Source: Eledone cirrhosa (taxonomy: Eukaryota). Taken from it: DNA of 64,000 bases. The stretch spans positions 389,794,001 through 389,858,000 of the forward strand of contig OZ024741.1 in assembly GCA_964016885.1 (NCBI GenBank), given 5' to 3'. This document shows positions 1 through 12,764 of this stretch, one piece after another. The position numbers and the translations under genes were made by a program. How positions within the stretch are numbered: the stretch's first letter is position 1; the number at the start of each line of letters is the position of its first letter. Below the pieces are notes generated by a model. It was not told the origin of the DNA and made no database searches. It saw only the letters and a program-made list of their open reading frames with translations.

Positions 1-2281
1 AAAGAAATAATTATTATAGTAGTTTTAGGTCTAATGTATAAACTATATTTTAACTGGAAGCATGATAGCCATATCGCTCCCCGGTCGCCTGTTAGGTCCA
101 GGTTCCTGAATCCTTGTTTACCAGACATTTAAGCATTCACATATGATCAAGGTCCCCGGGCTAACATGCTTGGCCGGAATTTAGCTCTTAGGTAGGTCTT
201 TACCAATTAATTAGTGAAAGCTAATCGAAGGTAATTAAAATGGTTATCAAGATAGGACACATAAAGAGGAACTATGGATAAATTATAAATCGAAAACAGG
301 TACAGTCTGACTAGGTAATAAAGTTAAGTTAATTAAGGTAGGCTCACAGTATAAGGGAAAAAGTTATAAGAGTGAAGAATATATAAGCAAAAATATACGA
401 GAAAAAATATATATGTGAGAAAACATAAATATAGGAGGAAAAAATATAATACGATGCATAACAATATACAAGATAAAAAGATATGGGGTAGAAGAGGAGA
501 AAGATGGGTCCATATAACATAATATAATGAAGTATAGCATATAATATATTGAAAGCAAGGAGCTGTACCAAGTATCAAACTAGGTACAAATGTGTCTGCA
601 TATACAAACAAGGGCTGGGAAGACAGATAGGGCAATACATGAAAACAATGTTAACATAGCAGTTGGGATTGAGTTCCGATTGTTCTTAGAGAGATTTCTG
701 CTGGTCCGCCAATTAGTGTGTGTCAGGTGAAAGTGGGGAAGGTTTCTGTCATGATGATTCCCATTCGCATGAATAAGCAATGGCTGTATTCAGGGGATGT
801 TGTTATCCTGAGTGCTCCGCTGGTCCATAGGGGGATGATTTGGGTCCTCTTGTCAGCTCTGATATTCAAAAATAAGTGGATATTCAGGTCCAGTTGCAGC
901 GTGCTATGTGAATTGTGCAGAGCATATGAAGCCATCGCCTCAACTTATTAGGAGCATATAATTATAGTAAGGGGTTAACCGAACAGGGATATTCAATGGA
1001 GCACAGGCCTGTGGACAGGTGGAACTAGGAGGCTATAACTGTTGGCCACAGCTAAACCTAGCAGTCACAGCCTTGGCTTGGGATGGAGCTGTCACTACTA
1101 CTATAACAGGCCGTGTGTGAATGGAGGAGGGAGTAGGGGGCAACTAACTGATTTCATCACTTCCTGCACTAAGCATCTACCAATACTAACGTATGACCAA
1201 AACTGACCAACACTTTTGCCAGACTTCGTAGGGTCATACAGGGGCTGACCGTTGAGAAAATAACATCAGGTGTTCGGTGACCCCGGTATCAACAAAAATT
1301 AACCTTTTCCAAATCTAAAGCTTTTTTATAATATTTCATTGTTTTATAGGTTTACTGTTTGAGAAGCTCAGGCTGTCGTAACTGAAAGTCTTCAGTGAAC
1401 TGTACATTACGGACTTTAATAAACCCAAACCAAATGAATATGGCCTTTATCTACTTCACAACCAACAGACTATTAAGTGCACATCTTTGTTTAGTTAACC
1501 CCTTACTATAAATATAAATTGATATATGTATATATATATATATATAATATAGTGTAGAAACACACCAAATCGCTGTCTTAAGAAGAAAAATGGAATGCTT
1601 GATATATATTTATGGTAATTAAAGAGTGAAGATAAGAAAATGAGTATGTAAAGGTTAACTCAATAACAAACTGAGTATTATATATTAAATATATTTATTA
1701 TGTTACTTTATTTAAGTAGAGATCATGCAACAGATTTTCTGAATGGCAAACCTAATTTCAAAATTATCTTGAATTATTTCTAGTAGTGTGTCTCACCTTA
1801 TGATGAATCATATTCCATGCAGCCCACTGCTCAAAAAAGGTTGCTCGTTCCTAATTTAGAGACTTCTTTATTGGTGTATCCTTGATAGAGTTTGAATATT
1901 TCAAATGTAGTTCAGTCTAGTAATCACTCACCCTTCCTAATTCTATGCATTTAAAATATATTTCAATAATAGATGACCCATAACTTTCAGAAAGCTGATA
2001 CAATGTTGTAAAAATATATAAAGGGCAAAGGATGACAAATAAAACAAAACAAAGTAATGTTTTACATAATATTTCAGGGCTACTTTTCAAATGTGAAAGG
2101 AAAATGGTTCAAAACAAAAACGAACAATCAATGTGTTCTTCCCTAACTGGTCTACATATCTCACAGTGCTTCATATTAACTATACTGCTCTATTTCAATA
2201 AATAATTTTGTATTTGTGATCAATTCGTAAAAAAAAATGATTTAAAAAAAAAAAAAATTTTTTTTGTTAAATATTTTTCAG

Positions 2282-2454
2282 AGAAAGATAAAATCAGCTT
2301 GAAAAAAATTTACAAACCAGCAATTGCAAGCAAAGAAATTAAAGATGAGTTATGTAAAGCTCTCCAACAATGTCTTGTTGTCACTCCAGCTTTAGCCTGC
2401 CTAAGGTTGCAAGGAATTGCTTTTAGAGAATCTAACATTAACTATCTTGCAAAA
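2282..2454 (+). CDS. CEP78: CEP78 internal coding exon (173 bp)
   Basis: ttttcAG acceptor and GTAAGT donor. Encodes KDKISLKKIYKPAIASKEIKDELCKALQQCLVVTPALACLRLQGIAFRESNINYLAK, which aligns from memory with human CEP78 [46 protein letters not shown]. Ends in phase 0. Confidence 0.88.
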
Positions 2455-2764
2455 GTAAGTTTCATGTTACCTAAACATTTCATGTTACATAAACATTTAT
2501 CACATGAAGAAAATGAAAGCGGTAAACACAAGATCTCTTGTTATTGGTGATGACTGAACTGGGGTTGTTTCATTGGGCATATCATAAGAACTTAAGAAAC
2601 AGACAGAATGTATGTAAGTGGAGAAGTGATTAATGTTTTTAAAAACACAATTGGTTACAAGGAAATTTTATTGGTGTTACATATTTAATGTCATTCAAAT
2701 ACATGACAATATGCACCATCTCTTGCCCCCACATTCAATATCTTGAGGGACAGACCACCTCATG

Positions 2765-2990
2765 ATTTTGGCAAACAAGATGGAGAAGACATTGCCCCAG
2801 AGGATGTTGAGGGAGACATGCCGGAACAACCACTCCACTTTAATAGTAGTGAGCAGTAATGTGTTTCAGAGATCAAGAACCACAGAAGTCTCCACTGCCA
2901 CAGACTCAACCAGAAACCTATCGGAGAGCAGCCAATACTTAGACAGTATAGAAAGGCAGACTTTATACCAAAGGTATTAGTTGCAATTTT
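2765..2990 (-). mobile_element. CRE-like REL C-terminal fragment
   Basis: KYWLLSDRFLVESVAVETSVVL...WLFRHVSLNILWGNVFSIL. Confidence 0.65.
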
Positions 2991-4944
2991 GTTGATTGTT
3001 TCATTCATCATCATAAGAAAATAAACAAACATTATTGTATTCAAAATAACCTAGTGATTAAATGAGAGACTATTTATGCAGACCTATCCTGTGTGTTAAA
3101 GTTTATCATCATCATCATCATACATCCATTTTCCATGCTCGCATCAAATTGTCACATTATGAGACAATTCAGGTCAGGTGACTGTCTTGCTCATACGGAT
3201 CTGTATTTTGGCTTAGTTTCTACGGCTGGATGCCCTTCTTAATGCCAACTATGTTACAGTGTGGACTGGGTGCTTTTATCATAGAACCGAAATGACCATG
3301 ACACATGATTAATGATTAACAATGAAGTGAATTTGATATTTCTGAAATTGGTTTTGTATAAGAATTTGATTTATTGCACATACAGGCTTCTGCCTGCTAC
3401 TGGTGCCATATAATCCAGTACAACCTGCTTCATAGTCACACCAACCCACAATTGTCCAAGCATGATGAGTATGGCTATACCCCTGACATGACCAAAACCA
3501 AACAAAGTGGTGGAGGTCAACCAGGGAGGGGTTCCTCCAACAAAAGTGAGAAGGCCTTGGATTGGATTGGACTGCACATACAATTGAAAGAAAATGAAAC
3601 TGATGGGGGAAACTAATGACATTTCTCTGAATGGTCTGACAATAAAGAATTGATAACACTAGGATTGTAGTATGTATGGACCCGTAACTCCTGACAGAGT
3701 TTTAAGGGCGCCATATTGACATACAGTGTTTCTTAAAGCATTTTAAAACCTGGTGGAGCCTATCTCCTCCAGGTTTTAAAATGCTTTACAGCTGATTTTT
3801 TCCAGAGAAAGATATAGGGGGAGAGAATGGAATTGAGAAAGAGATATAGAGGAAGAATCAACCCCAGTCCTAGACTGGTACTTTTTTGTCAACCTTGAAT
3901 GGATAAAAGGCAACGTTGACCTCGGCAGATGATAGTGTGGCAGCCAGATATCTTGCCAAATTGAAAAAAAAAAAAAAGAAATTATTAAAAATAATAGTTA
4001 TGTTGAGGAACAAGCTATAACTGTTGAAGAAATGGGACTGTTTTGGAAAGGAATACCTCATAAAACTTATATAGCAAAGATAGAAAAATTGTTGCAGCCT
4101 GAATTTAGCATTGCCATATCAGAAATCATTGAAGACTTGTGAATATTTAGAATTGCCTGACTTCCATGATGGGACCTCAATGATGAAAATATTTAAAGTA
4201 GCAACATATATATGATTGCTAAGACAATATGAAGCTGAGACACACATGAAAGAATTCTGAATTGAATAACTCAATGCCTCCTTCTTCTTCATGAGAGGGT
4301 CATGGGGGCTGAGTCCTCAAATACTCCTTCCAGCAAGTCCTGCTAGAAGCAGCTATCTCCAAGTGAGACTAACTAAGCTCATGGATGTTATCCAACCATC
4401 TTGTTCGGGATCTATGCCTGAGTCTCTTGTTGGTTGGTTTTTCCATAAAATCTGTCCAGTAATTCTTTCCTGTGACATTTTAACCACATGTCCGTAATAT
4501 CAGAGTTGTGATCTCTCAATTTGGAGAAGTAGTGGCTCTATCTGGAGCGACTCTCTTATCTCTGAGCTTTGTACTCTATCGAGTAACGTTACTCCAAAGA
4601 CCCTTAGAGGAACCCCATTTGGCTGCTTGTATTCACAATTGTATTCTTTTGGTTAGTACCTAAGATTCATGACCATAGGTAAGGGTTGGCACGAATACCG
4701 AACACTCAATGCCATTTTAGAATGTTTGATGATGGAAAATGCATGGCAATGGATGCAAATCTGGCAAGATCATTATGACACCAGACAAAATGGCTGTGCT
4801 ATCAACTTTACCTTTCATTCTTCTAGTATCAATAAACTAAAATACCAACAGTGTTGGTTATTATTCCAACTAGCAGAAAAACCACCCTGTAGGCCGTTTT
4901 CTGCTAGCATATTGATATTATACACAAATATATATCCATATAGA

Positions 4945-5260
4945 TAAAGTAAATTGTCTTCACTGGTGCCTAACTGAGGTAAATGTTCACGAGGGCACTT
5001 GGCTATTCCAGCGCATCAGCCTTGCCATCATCCGAGGTAACACTGAGAGCGTGCTGGCTTGCCTCAAAAATTTTTAGAGAGGTTTCCCAGTGCTCCTCAC
5101 AATATCTTTTGTTCTGGCAGCAGTTTGTTTGTCCGCCCCTTTCGCCTCCCTTTTGCTGTATGTGGTCCTAGATGTGTGTATTACCTGCTTGTGTGTTTTC
5201 TTTTTTTTCCTTTCTCTTTTCTTTTTTTCTTATGTTTGTAAAACAATAAAATAAAACTAC
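4945..5260 (+). mobile_element. CRE-like non-LTR retrotransposon 3' end
   Basis: EGTWLFQRISLAIIRGNTESVLACLKNF* matches the REL-domain C-terminus of CRE-type elements. Followed by a T-rich UTR and aataaaataaaa. Confidence 0.7.
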
Positions 5261-6704
5261 ATTTGTAACGGTATTTACACAACTGAATAAAATCGTAATT
5301 GACAATATGCACAGAAATTGAATGAAGACTGTTACACTTTCTTCTGTAGTCAGCAAAGTAATCCATGATACATTTAAAAAAGACAATATTATATATAAAT
5401 GGCATTACAGCGAAATGTTATGAAAATGATATAACAAACACTAATGGAAGTGTCAACATTTGAACATTTTAAAAGAAGTGAATCTTGAAATATGCAATAC
5501 ATTTTATATATACAAATATTTATGTTTAATCAAGAGCTACAAAATTTAGTAGATAAATTACATAATATTCATTCATGATTTATTCAAAGTAATCCAACTT
5601 ATTTTAATAACATGTTTAGAAAACATATCCCTGACACATTCTTACAGTTCTCCAATCATTATATATTAGATGAAGCCTTGTGTGTTGGTGACATGACAAA
5701 AATCGCCCAGTCCACACTGTAAAGTGGTCATTTTGGTGCCACGATAAAAGGCACCTAATCCACTCTGTAAATGTGGTTGGCATTAGGAAGGGCATCCAGC
5801 CACAGAAACCAAGCCAGAAACAGTTCTGTACAAGCAAGATATGGCCACATGATCTGACTTGTCTCACATCAGGACAACTCATTTTACCCATGTTAGTGTT
5901 ATGATGATGAATGTGGAGAGAGCTATGCAGGTCAGACAAGTTGGGAATATACTCAGCTTCTAGATGTCAGTAGAATTGTAAAGATAAATGTAGAGAGAGA
6001 GAGAGCTATGTAAATCAGATGATAAGTTGGAGTTGCACTCAGCTTCTATGAGGTCATGTACAAAGAGAAGAAGAAAGCAAAATCAAAACAAATATTACTT
6101 TGACAATATTAAAAAAAATAATAAAACATTTGTTTTTGTGCATAGGTTAATGTTAATCAATAAGCTCATAAAACTGTATTAAATGCATTTCTTTCTTTCT
6201 TTTCATTATATCAATTTTCAGATGCTTTGTTTTTTCTTAAGATATTTTGGAAAATTAAAAGTTAGTTTTTCTTTTCATGAGTAGCGAATTAGTTGAGGTG
6301 TTAGGGTGTCGGAAAAATGCTTTGTGGTATTTGTTTCAACACTTTGTGCTCTGAGTTTAAATCCGACCAAGGTCAACTTTGCCTTTCATCCTTTTGGGTT
6401 TAACAAATATACTCAGGGACGGTTGATTGGCAGAATTGTTAAAGCATTTGATGAGAAGCTTTGCAGTATTTATTCTGGCAGTAGGCCGTCTGATTTCAAA
6501 TCCTACCTCCTGTTATCAAAAAAGTGATGACATATCTACTAGGAGTTGTGACCAACAGACTGTATTGGCAATAGTAAGAACAATGGAAACATCCTTTCCT
6601 TGATCCAATCTGGAAAATCAGCTTCTTTTCTTTCCTTCTTTCTTTTTCAAAGTTTAGACATCAATCAATGATTCATTTAGACACACACACACATATATAT
6701 ATAT

Positions 6705-7040
6705 GGAGGCACATGGCTTAGTGGTTAGAGCATTGGTCTTGCAATCAAAAGGTTGTGAGTTCAATTCTCAGACTGGGTGATGTGTTGTTTCCTTGAGCAA
6801 GACACTTTATTTCATATTGCTCCAGTTTACTCAGCTGTAGAAATGAGATGATAGGGACTGGGGTCCTTATCATTCCACTGCAAAGATGTCGTGGAGGTGT
6901 CACGGCAAAAAAGCACCCAGCACTCACTGTAAATGAGGTTGGTGTTAGGAAGGGCATCCAGCTGTAGAAATCAAGCCAGAATCAGTTCCCGTCCCACCCT
7001 TGCAAGCAGGGAAAAAGCGGATATAAAATGAAATGATGAT
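6705..7040 (+). mobile_element. tRNA-derived SINE with RTE-derived 3' tail
   Basis: A-box TGGCTTAGTGG, B-box GAGTTCAATTC, tail matching the RTE 3' UTR. Near-identical to 12765-13146. Confidence 0.88.
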
Positions 7041-7915
7041 GTGTGTGTGTGTACATATTGTAAAGTGGTTGATATTAGGAAAGGCATCCAGTAATAGAAA
7101 GCTTGCCAAACAAGTGCTGGTGATTTACACAATAAAAGCACCCAGTACACACTGTAAAGTGGTTGATATTAGGAAGGGCGGCCAGCCATTGAAAGCTTGC
7201 CAAACAAGGAGTTGGCAGGACCCCTTGGTTTGTGTCAAAAGACATAACAACTTCTCTGCACTCGATAGAATGTATGACCGTATGTAAGTGAGATGCAAAC
7301 CCCTCGGCCTGTCTAGGAAGTCAGTAGCCCTACTTCAGTTCTAACTTGGTCTATGCAGGCTCATCCAACCCTTGCTAGCATGGAACATGGATATTAAATG
7401 ATGATACATATACAGAATGAAAACACTCTTTCTAATTATACTGACAAAAATACACTCGGGTTTTGGGAAATAGGTTAAGCCAAGTACTTTTCAGCACCTC
7501 TTTGTAACAGCAGCAACAACAGAAAAGCTGGGGAAACATTGATAAATTTGACAATTACAGTATTAAAAACAACAAAAACATCATCAAAATACCTACATTT
7601 TCAAGCTTTATTTCTGCCCTTATCAGACATTGGAAACAGCAAACATAACATTGAAACAACATTTCTCAGATTAAAGGGCAATCTAAGAGAATATTTTCAG
7701 TTTCCTCTATATCTATTAATAGTTTTAGTTAAAAGCATTTATTGCCAATTTAAAACATATCAACAATTTAATTGCATTTAAGGAATACAGAATTATTGAT
7801 CTTTCCAAATAACACTGCATCGAAATTCAGTTTGAATCAATAACATCCACTTTATGCATTTACATGTATGATGGGATTGTTATTGAGTTGTTTGTTATTC
7901 GAGGAATTTAGATTA

Positions 7916-10540
7916 ATCATCATCATCATCGTTTAACGTCCATGTTCCACGCTTGCATGGGTTTGGACGGGAGTTTTCCCACTTGGGGCAAGAGTGGTTG
8001 TCATTGCTCGCATAGGACTGTCTGGCGGGTTTTCTACAGCTGGATGCCCTTCCTAACACCAACCACATTTACAGTGTGGGGCTGGGAGGTTTTTACCGTG
8101 TTGCCTACATGGCCACATTACAGCGTGGACTGTGTGTTTTTTTGTCGTGACACCTACACGATCTCATTTGTTTCGGCCTGGATGTTGTGGCACCAACATA
8201 ACTTTACATTGAAAGGGGTGGTGTGGATGGGGTGGGGGTGGTGGGACGGGGGTGTATTTTGTTAGAGATGCCTACTGACTGTAGTAGGTTTTACTTTGTA
8301 TTTAGGTAAGGCGGGTCTTCTCTATTACTGAGTACCGCCAAAGGTCTCGGTCCAGTGACATTGTCTTGGAGAGGTGTAAGTGTGTGAGGTCGGAATTTAT
8401 CAGCTCGTCCCAGGTTTTTCTGGGTTTGCCTACTCCGTGGCTACCGTCTATCTTTATTGCCCTGCACTTTGTTATACAGCTGTCGTCTTTCATGCGCATC
8501 ACGTGACCATAACAACGTAGCCTTCTCTCGAGTAAACAACATCTGATCCCTCTTATTTCTAATTTTTTCCTTAGTTCGTTTATGCTTTGCCGTTCACGTA
8601 TATTACTATTACACATCCAGCGGAGCATGCAAGCTTCGTTCCTCTTTAGTCTGCGTATATCCTCTGCACACAATGCCCAGGTCTCACTGCCATGCAACAT
8701 TGCTGTCCGTATGCAGGCATCATACAACCTGCCTTTCATTTTTAGGGAGAACCCTTTAGCGCCTAATAGTGGTATAAGCTCTCTGAACTTTTTCCATCCA
8801 GTTCTGACTCTAGCTACTGTACTTTCAGAGCACCCTCCCCCACTGCTGATTTTGTCACCCAGGTAACGGAAGCTGTCCACTATTTCTATAGAACCCTCTG
8901 CGCAATTGAAAGAGCTAGTATTTTGTGGGCACTTGCTGCTACTTATTGCACCAGAGCACCGGCCACATGTAAAATCTATGTTCTTAGTTAGCTTACCTGT
9001 GATCCCACTACATCTTTTATGCACCCATACTTTGCATTTGGGACATAAAATGGAGTTTCTACCTACGCCTTTCCTACACACCGAGCATGGCCATTTCCCG
9101 GAAGGGACCGGCACCTTATTTTCTTTCCTACAAACTAGAACTTTAGTCTTAGCCAGGTTAATTTTAAGGCCTTTTGATTCTAGGCCGTGCTTCCATGTTT
9201 GGAATTTCTTCTCTAGCTCAGCCATTGATTCAGCTATGAGCGTTAGATCATCTGCGTATAGGAGTTCCCATGGGCAGCCAGTCTTGAACTCCTCTGTTAC
9301 AGCCTGAAGGGCAATAATAAATAGTAGGGGGCTAAGAACAGAGCCCTGATGGACACCAACTTTTACGCTAAACTCTTCACTATATTCGTTGTTAATTCTA
9401 ACCTTGCTCACTGTTTCTTTATACATGGCTTGTATAGCTCTCACAACCCATTCGTCAACACCTAGTTTTCTAAGAGCCCACCAGATAATGGAACGGGGGA
9501 CTCTGTTGAAGGCTTTCTCCAAGTCGACAAAAGCTAAATATAGGGGTTTACTTTTAGCTAGGTACTTCTCCTGCAGTTGTCGTACAATGAAGAGAGCGTC
9601 TGTGGTACTTTTGCCTGACACAAACCCGAACTGCATTTCATCTAGATCAATTCTCTCTCTGATTAGTTGCACTATTACTTTTTCCGTGACCTTCATGACC
9701 TGGTCGATTAATTTAATGCCTCTATAGTTACTCCTATCTAGGGCGTCTCCTTTACCCTTGTAACAGTTAACGATGATGCTGCTACGCCAGTCCTTCGGAA
9801 CAACCCCATTCTGTATGACTTGGTTTACTATCCGGGTGACCATGGTGTGTCCCACCGTTCCAGAGGTTTTCAGCATCTCAGCAACTATTTCCGAAGGCCC
9901 AGCCGCCTTACCCGTCTTCATATCTTTGATTGCCTTACTTATTATACTACCTTCGACTAACACTGCTGGTCCCTCTATTGGGTCGATGTGGGGGAGACTG
10001 TCTTTCTCCCATTTATTCTCCTCATTTAGTAGCCTTTCGTAGTGACACTTCCAAGCTACCTTCTTATCAGCGTCAGTGATGGCAAGTACGCCATCATCAT
10101 TAAGTACACACTTCTCCTCGACAATATCACGGTTTTCCTTGACACATTGCCTAGCAATCCTGAACACCTCACGTTTTTGGTCCTCGCGTTATAGAACATG
10201 CTTGAACTTTCTTTCCTCTGCTTCCTTTCTTGCGAAGTACACTTGTCTCCTAGCTTCCCTCCTGGCCACTTGATAGTCTTCTCTACTTCCCCCATCCCGC
10301 CATGCTTTCCAAGCCTGCTTTTTGGCCTTGATTGACCCCTCCACCTTACTGTTCCACCACCATGTTACTCTCCTCCTGCCTACAGGCCTGCTCCAGCCAC
10401 AGACTTCGTCTGCCGCCATCAGCAGGTTTGCTTTCAGGAATTCCCACTGTTCCTCTACATTGTATGACTCTAATTGCTCTTCCTTACTGTCGAAAGCATC
10501 AAGTAATATGCTTTGAAATTTATTTCTGGCTGTGGGATCC
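7916..10540 (-). mobile_element. RTE-clade LINE, 5'-truncated, RT plus PHD finger, with TSD
   Basis: RT motifs QFGF, FVDLEKAF, GVHQGSVLSP, LLYADDL, FRYLG. (CAT)n 3' tail at ~7916-7930. 9-bp TSD tttagatta at 7907-7915 and 10541-10549. One in-frame TAA (10189-10191) separates ORFs 10189-10419 and 8302-10167. Confidence 0.95.
8302..10167 (-). CDS. RTE LINE reverse transcriptase ORF (partial) with embedded C4HC3 PHD-type finger
   Basis: 621-aa ORF with YADD and WPCSVCRKGVGRNSILCPKCKVWVHKRCSGITGKLTKNIDFTCGRC (8956-9093). No endonuclease because of 5' truncation. Confidence 0.9.
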   Translation of the reverse strand: MFRIARQCVKENRDIVEEKCVLNDDGVLAITDADKKVAWKCHYERLLNEENKWEKDSLPHIDPIEGPAVLVEGSIISKAIKDMKTGKAAGPSEIVAEMLKTSGTVGHTMVTRIVNQVIQNGVVPKDWRSSIIVNCYKGKGDALDRSNYRGIKLIDQVMKVTEKVIVQLIRERIDLDEMQFGFVSGKSTTDALFIVRQLQEKYLAKSKPLYLAFVDLEKAFNRVPRSIIWWALRKLGVDEWVVRAIQAMYKETVSKVRINNEYSEEFSVKVGVHQGSVLSPLLFIIALQAVTEEFKTGCPWELLYADDLTLIAESMAELEKKFQTWKHGLESKGLKINLAKTKVLVCRKENKVPVPSGKWPCSVCRKGVGRNSILCPKCKVWVHKRCSGITGKLTKNIDFTCGRCSGAISSSKCPQNTSSFNCAEGSIEIVDSFRYLGDKISSGGGCSESTVARVRTGWKKFRELIPLLGAKGFSLKMKGRLYDACIRTAMLHGSETWALCAEDIRRLKRNEACMLRWMCNSNIRERQSINELRKKLEIRGIRCCLLERRLRCYGHVMRMKDDSCITKCRAIKIDGSHGVGKPRKTWDELINSDLTHLHLSKTMSLDRDLWRYSVIEKTRLT

Positions 10541-11937
10541 TTTAGATTATTTATTTATTTATTATGAAGACCTATTCTCTCTGTAATATGTGTGTGCACA
10601 ATTAAGACATTTAAATCATCAATGTTATTTATATAGACATAAAGATTTCAATAGTTTAACTTCCATTGTTGGATCTAGTGATTGTTAAATTATCAATGCT
10701 ATATACAGTACATATGGTTTCTGATTTAGGCACAAGGTTAACAATATTGGAGGAAGGGAAAGTTGTTGAAATCAACCCCAGTGAATTACTGGTACTTTAT
10801 TTTATTGACCCTGTAAGGATGAAAGGCAAAGCTAACTTCAGTGGAATTGAACTCAGAACACAAAGGGACATTACTGCCAATCTACTGCCCTTATATATAT
10901 ATAGTATATTGTATTTTATAGTTGACAGGCAAAGATAGTAAAACATTTGCCATTGTGACAAATGTTTTGAAGCCTTTTCTTTTTTTATAATTGTTTCTAC
11001 TTTTGGCACAAGGCCAGCAATTATCCCAGTGTATTACTGGTACTTTATTTTATCGACCCCGTAAGGATGAAAGGCAAAGTTTAACCTCAGCATCAAATTA
11101 AATGCCTTAGTATATCTTCATGAATACAAGCAGCTGAAATGGGATTCCTCCAAAGGATGCTTGGAGTAACGTTACTCGATAAAGTGCATAGCTCAGAGAT
11201 CAGAGTTGTTCCAAGTAGAGCCACTACTTCTCTAAATTGAGAGATCACAGCTCTGATACTACAATCATGTGGTTAGAATGTCTCAGAAAAGAATTGCTGG
11301 TCAGATTGTACAGGTAAAACCAACCGGCAGGAGACCCATGGATAGACCCTGAGCAAGATGATTGGATAACATCCATGAGCTCAGTTGGTCTTTCTTAGGG
11401 ATCCACTTGGATCAACTGGAGATGGTTGCTTCCTCCTGAAAGAAGTATTTGAGGACTCTGCCCCCACATCCCTCTCAGGAATAAGTGGACAAAGAAGAAG
11501 AGTATTTATTTGTTCTGGCTGTCTGTACTCTGGTTTCTAATCCTATCATGGTCAACTTTATCTTTCATTATTTTGGGTAGTTGATAAATTAAGTAGCAGT
11601 CCAGGTGGAATTGTTAAAGTGTTGGACAGGGGTCTTTATGGTATCCTGTTCCAGCTCTTTGCTTTCTTAGTTTAAATCCCACCATCTGTTACCAGTAAAG
11701 CAGTGATGCTTTTGCATAATGAGTTATGACCAGCAGATAGTATCAGCAATGGAAAGACCAATTGAAACATAGTTTCCTTGGTCTTGTCTAAGAGTCAGCT
11801 GAGAATACAAGAACCTGGAATGAATGCCACTTGGCATTTCATCCAATATTCTAATTTTTCTGCCTTTTGCTGCCTTTTTTAAAAACACTTTTTTTTTGTT
11901 TTTAGTTTTTTATTAATGTTTCTTATGTTTCTTTTAG

Positions 11938-12010
11938 GGGTTAAGTAAAAACTGCTCTCTCAGTTACATTTGTTTTGCATATTGCAAAATTGGAGATAAT
12001 GGTTTACAAA
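11938..12010 (+). CDS. CEP78: CEP78 internal coding exon (73 bp)
   Basis: Polypyrimidine tract plus AG, GTAAGT donor. Encodes GLSKNCSLSYICFAYCKIGDNGLQ (cf. CEP78 [24 protein letters not shown]). Phase 0 start and phase 1 end fit both neighbouring exons. Confidence 0.88.
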
Positions 12011-12229
12011 GTAAGTATCTGTCTTTATTTCTCAATTAAAACATTCTGAATACTATCTGTGCATGAGTGTTAATCAGTTTTTTTTAAATGTTGTTTAAAA
12101 TTGTAAGACATATTTAAAATATTGTCAAATATTGTAAAATATGTTAGGCAGTAAGTATTAAAAAAAAAGGAATGTAAGCATAAAAAATATCTCTTCATTC
12201 TTTCCATTTTGGTAAAATCTCCTAGCAAT

Positions 12230-12760
12230 GGGTGCTGATGCCATGATACAGTGCAAACAGTGCACTCTGAAAAATAGTGTTGGTGCCATGATCACATACA
12301 CACAGTACATCCTATAAAATAGTAGTACTATGATAAAATACACACAGTACACTCTGTAAAATAGTAGTGTTGGTGCCATGGTAAAATGCACCCATGCCAT
12401 TCTGTAAAATAGTAGTGCTGGTGCCATGATAAAATGCACCCATCTCATTCTGTAAAATAGTAGTGCTGGTGTCATGATAAAATGCACCCATCCCATTCTG
12501 TAAAATAGTAGTGTCTGTACCATGATAAAATTCATATACTGTAAAATTGGTACCATGATAAAATGATACAGTACACTGTAAAATAGTAGCTGTGGTGTTG
12601 TGATAAAATGTACCAAGCCCATTCTGTAAAGTAGTAGTGTTGGTGTCATAATAACAATCACCCATCCCATTCTGTAAAATAGTAGTGCTGGTACCATGAT
12701 AAAATTCCCCTACTATATACTATAAAGTAGTAGTGTTGGTGTCATAATAAAATCCACCTA
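12230..12760. repeat. Degenerate ~48-bp tandem array (~11 units) related to the RTE/SINE 3' UTR unit
   Basis: Unit ctgtaaaatagtagtgctggtgccatgataaaatgcacccatcccatt explains the repetitive ORFs 12158-12697 and 12312-12665. Confidence 0.85.
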
Positions 12761-12764
12761 GTAT

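Noticed and set aside
8582-10042. Plus-strand ORFs antisense to the RTE (also 62033-63148)
   Set aside because: Shadow frames of the RT coding strand with no independent evidence.
12158-12697. Hydrophobic 179-aa repeat protein
   Set aside because: Degenerate 48-bp tandem array.
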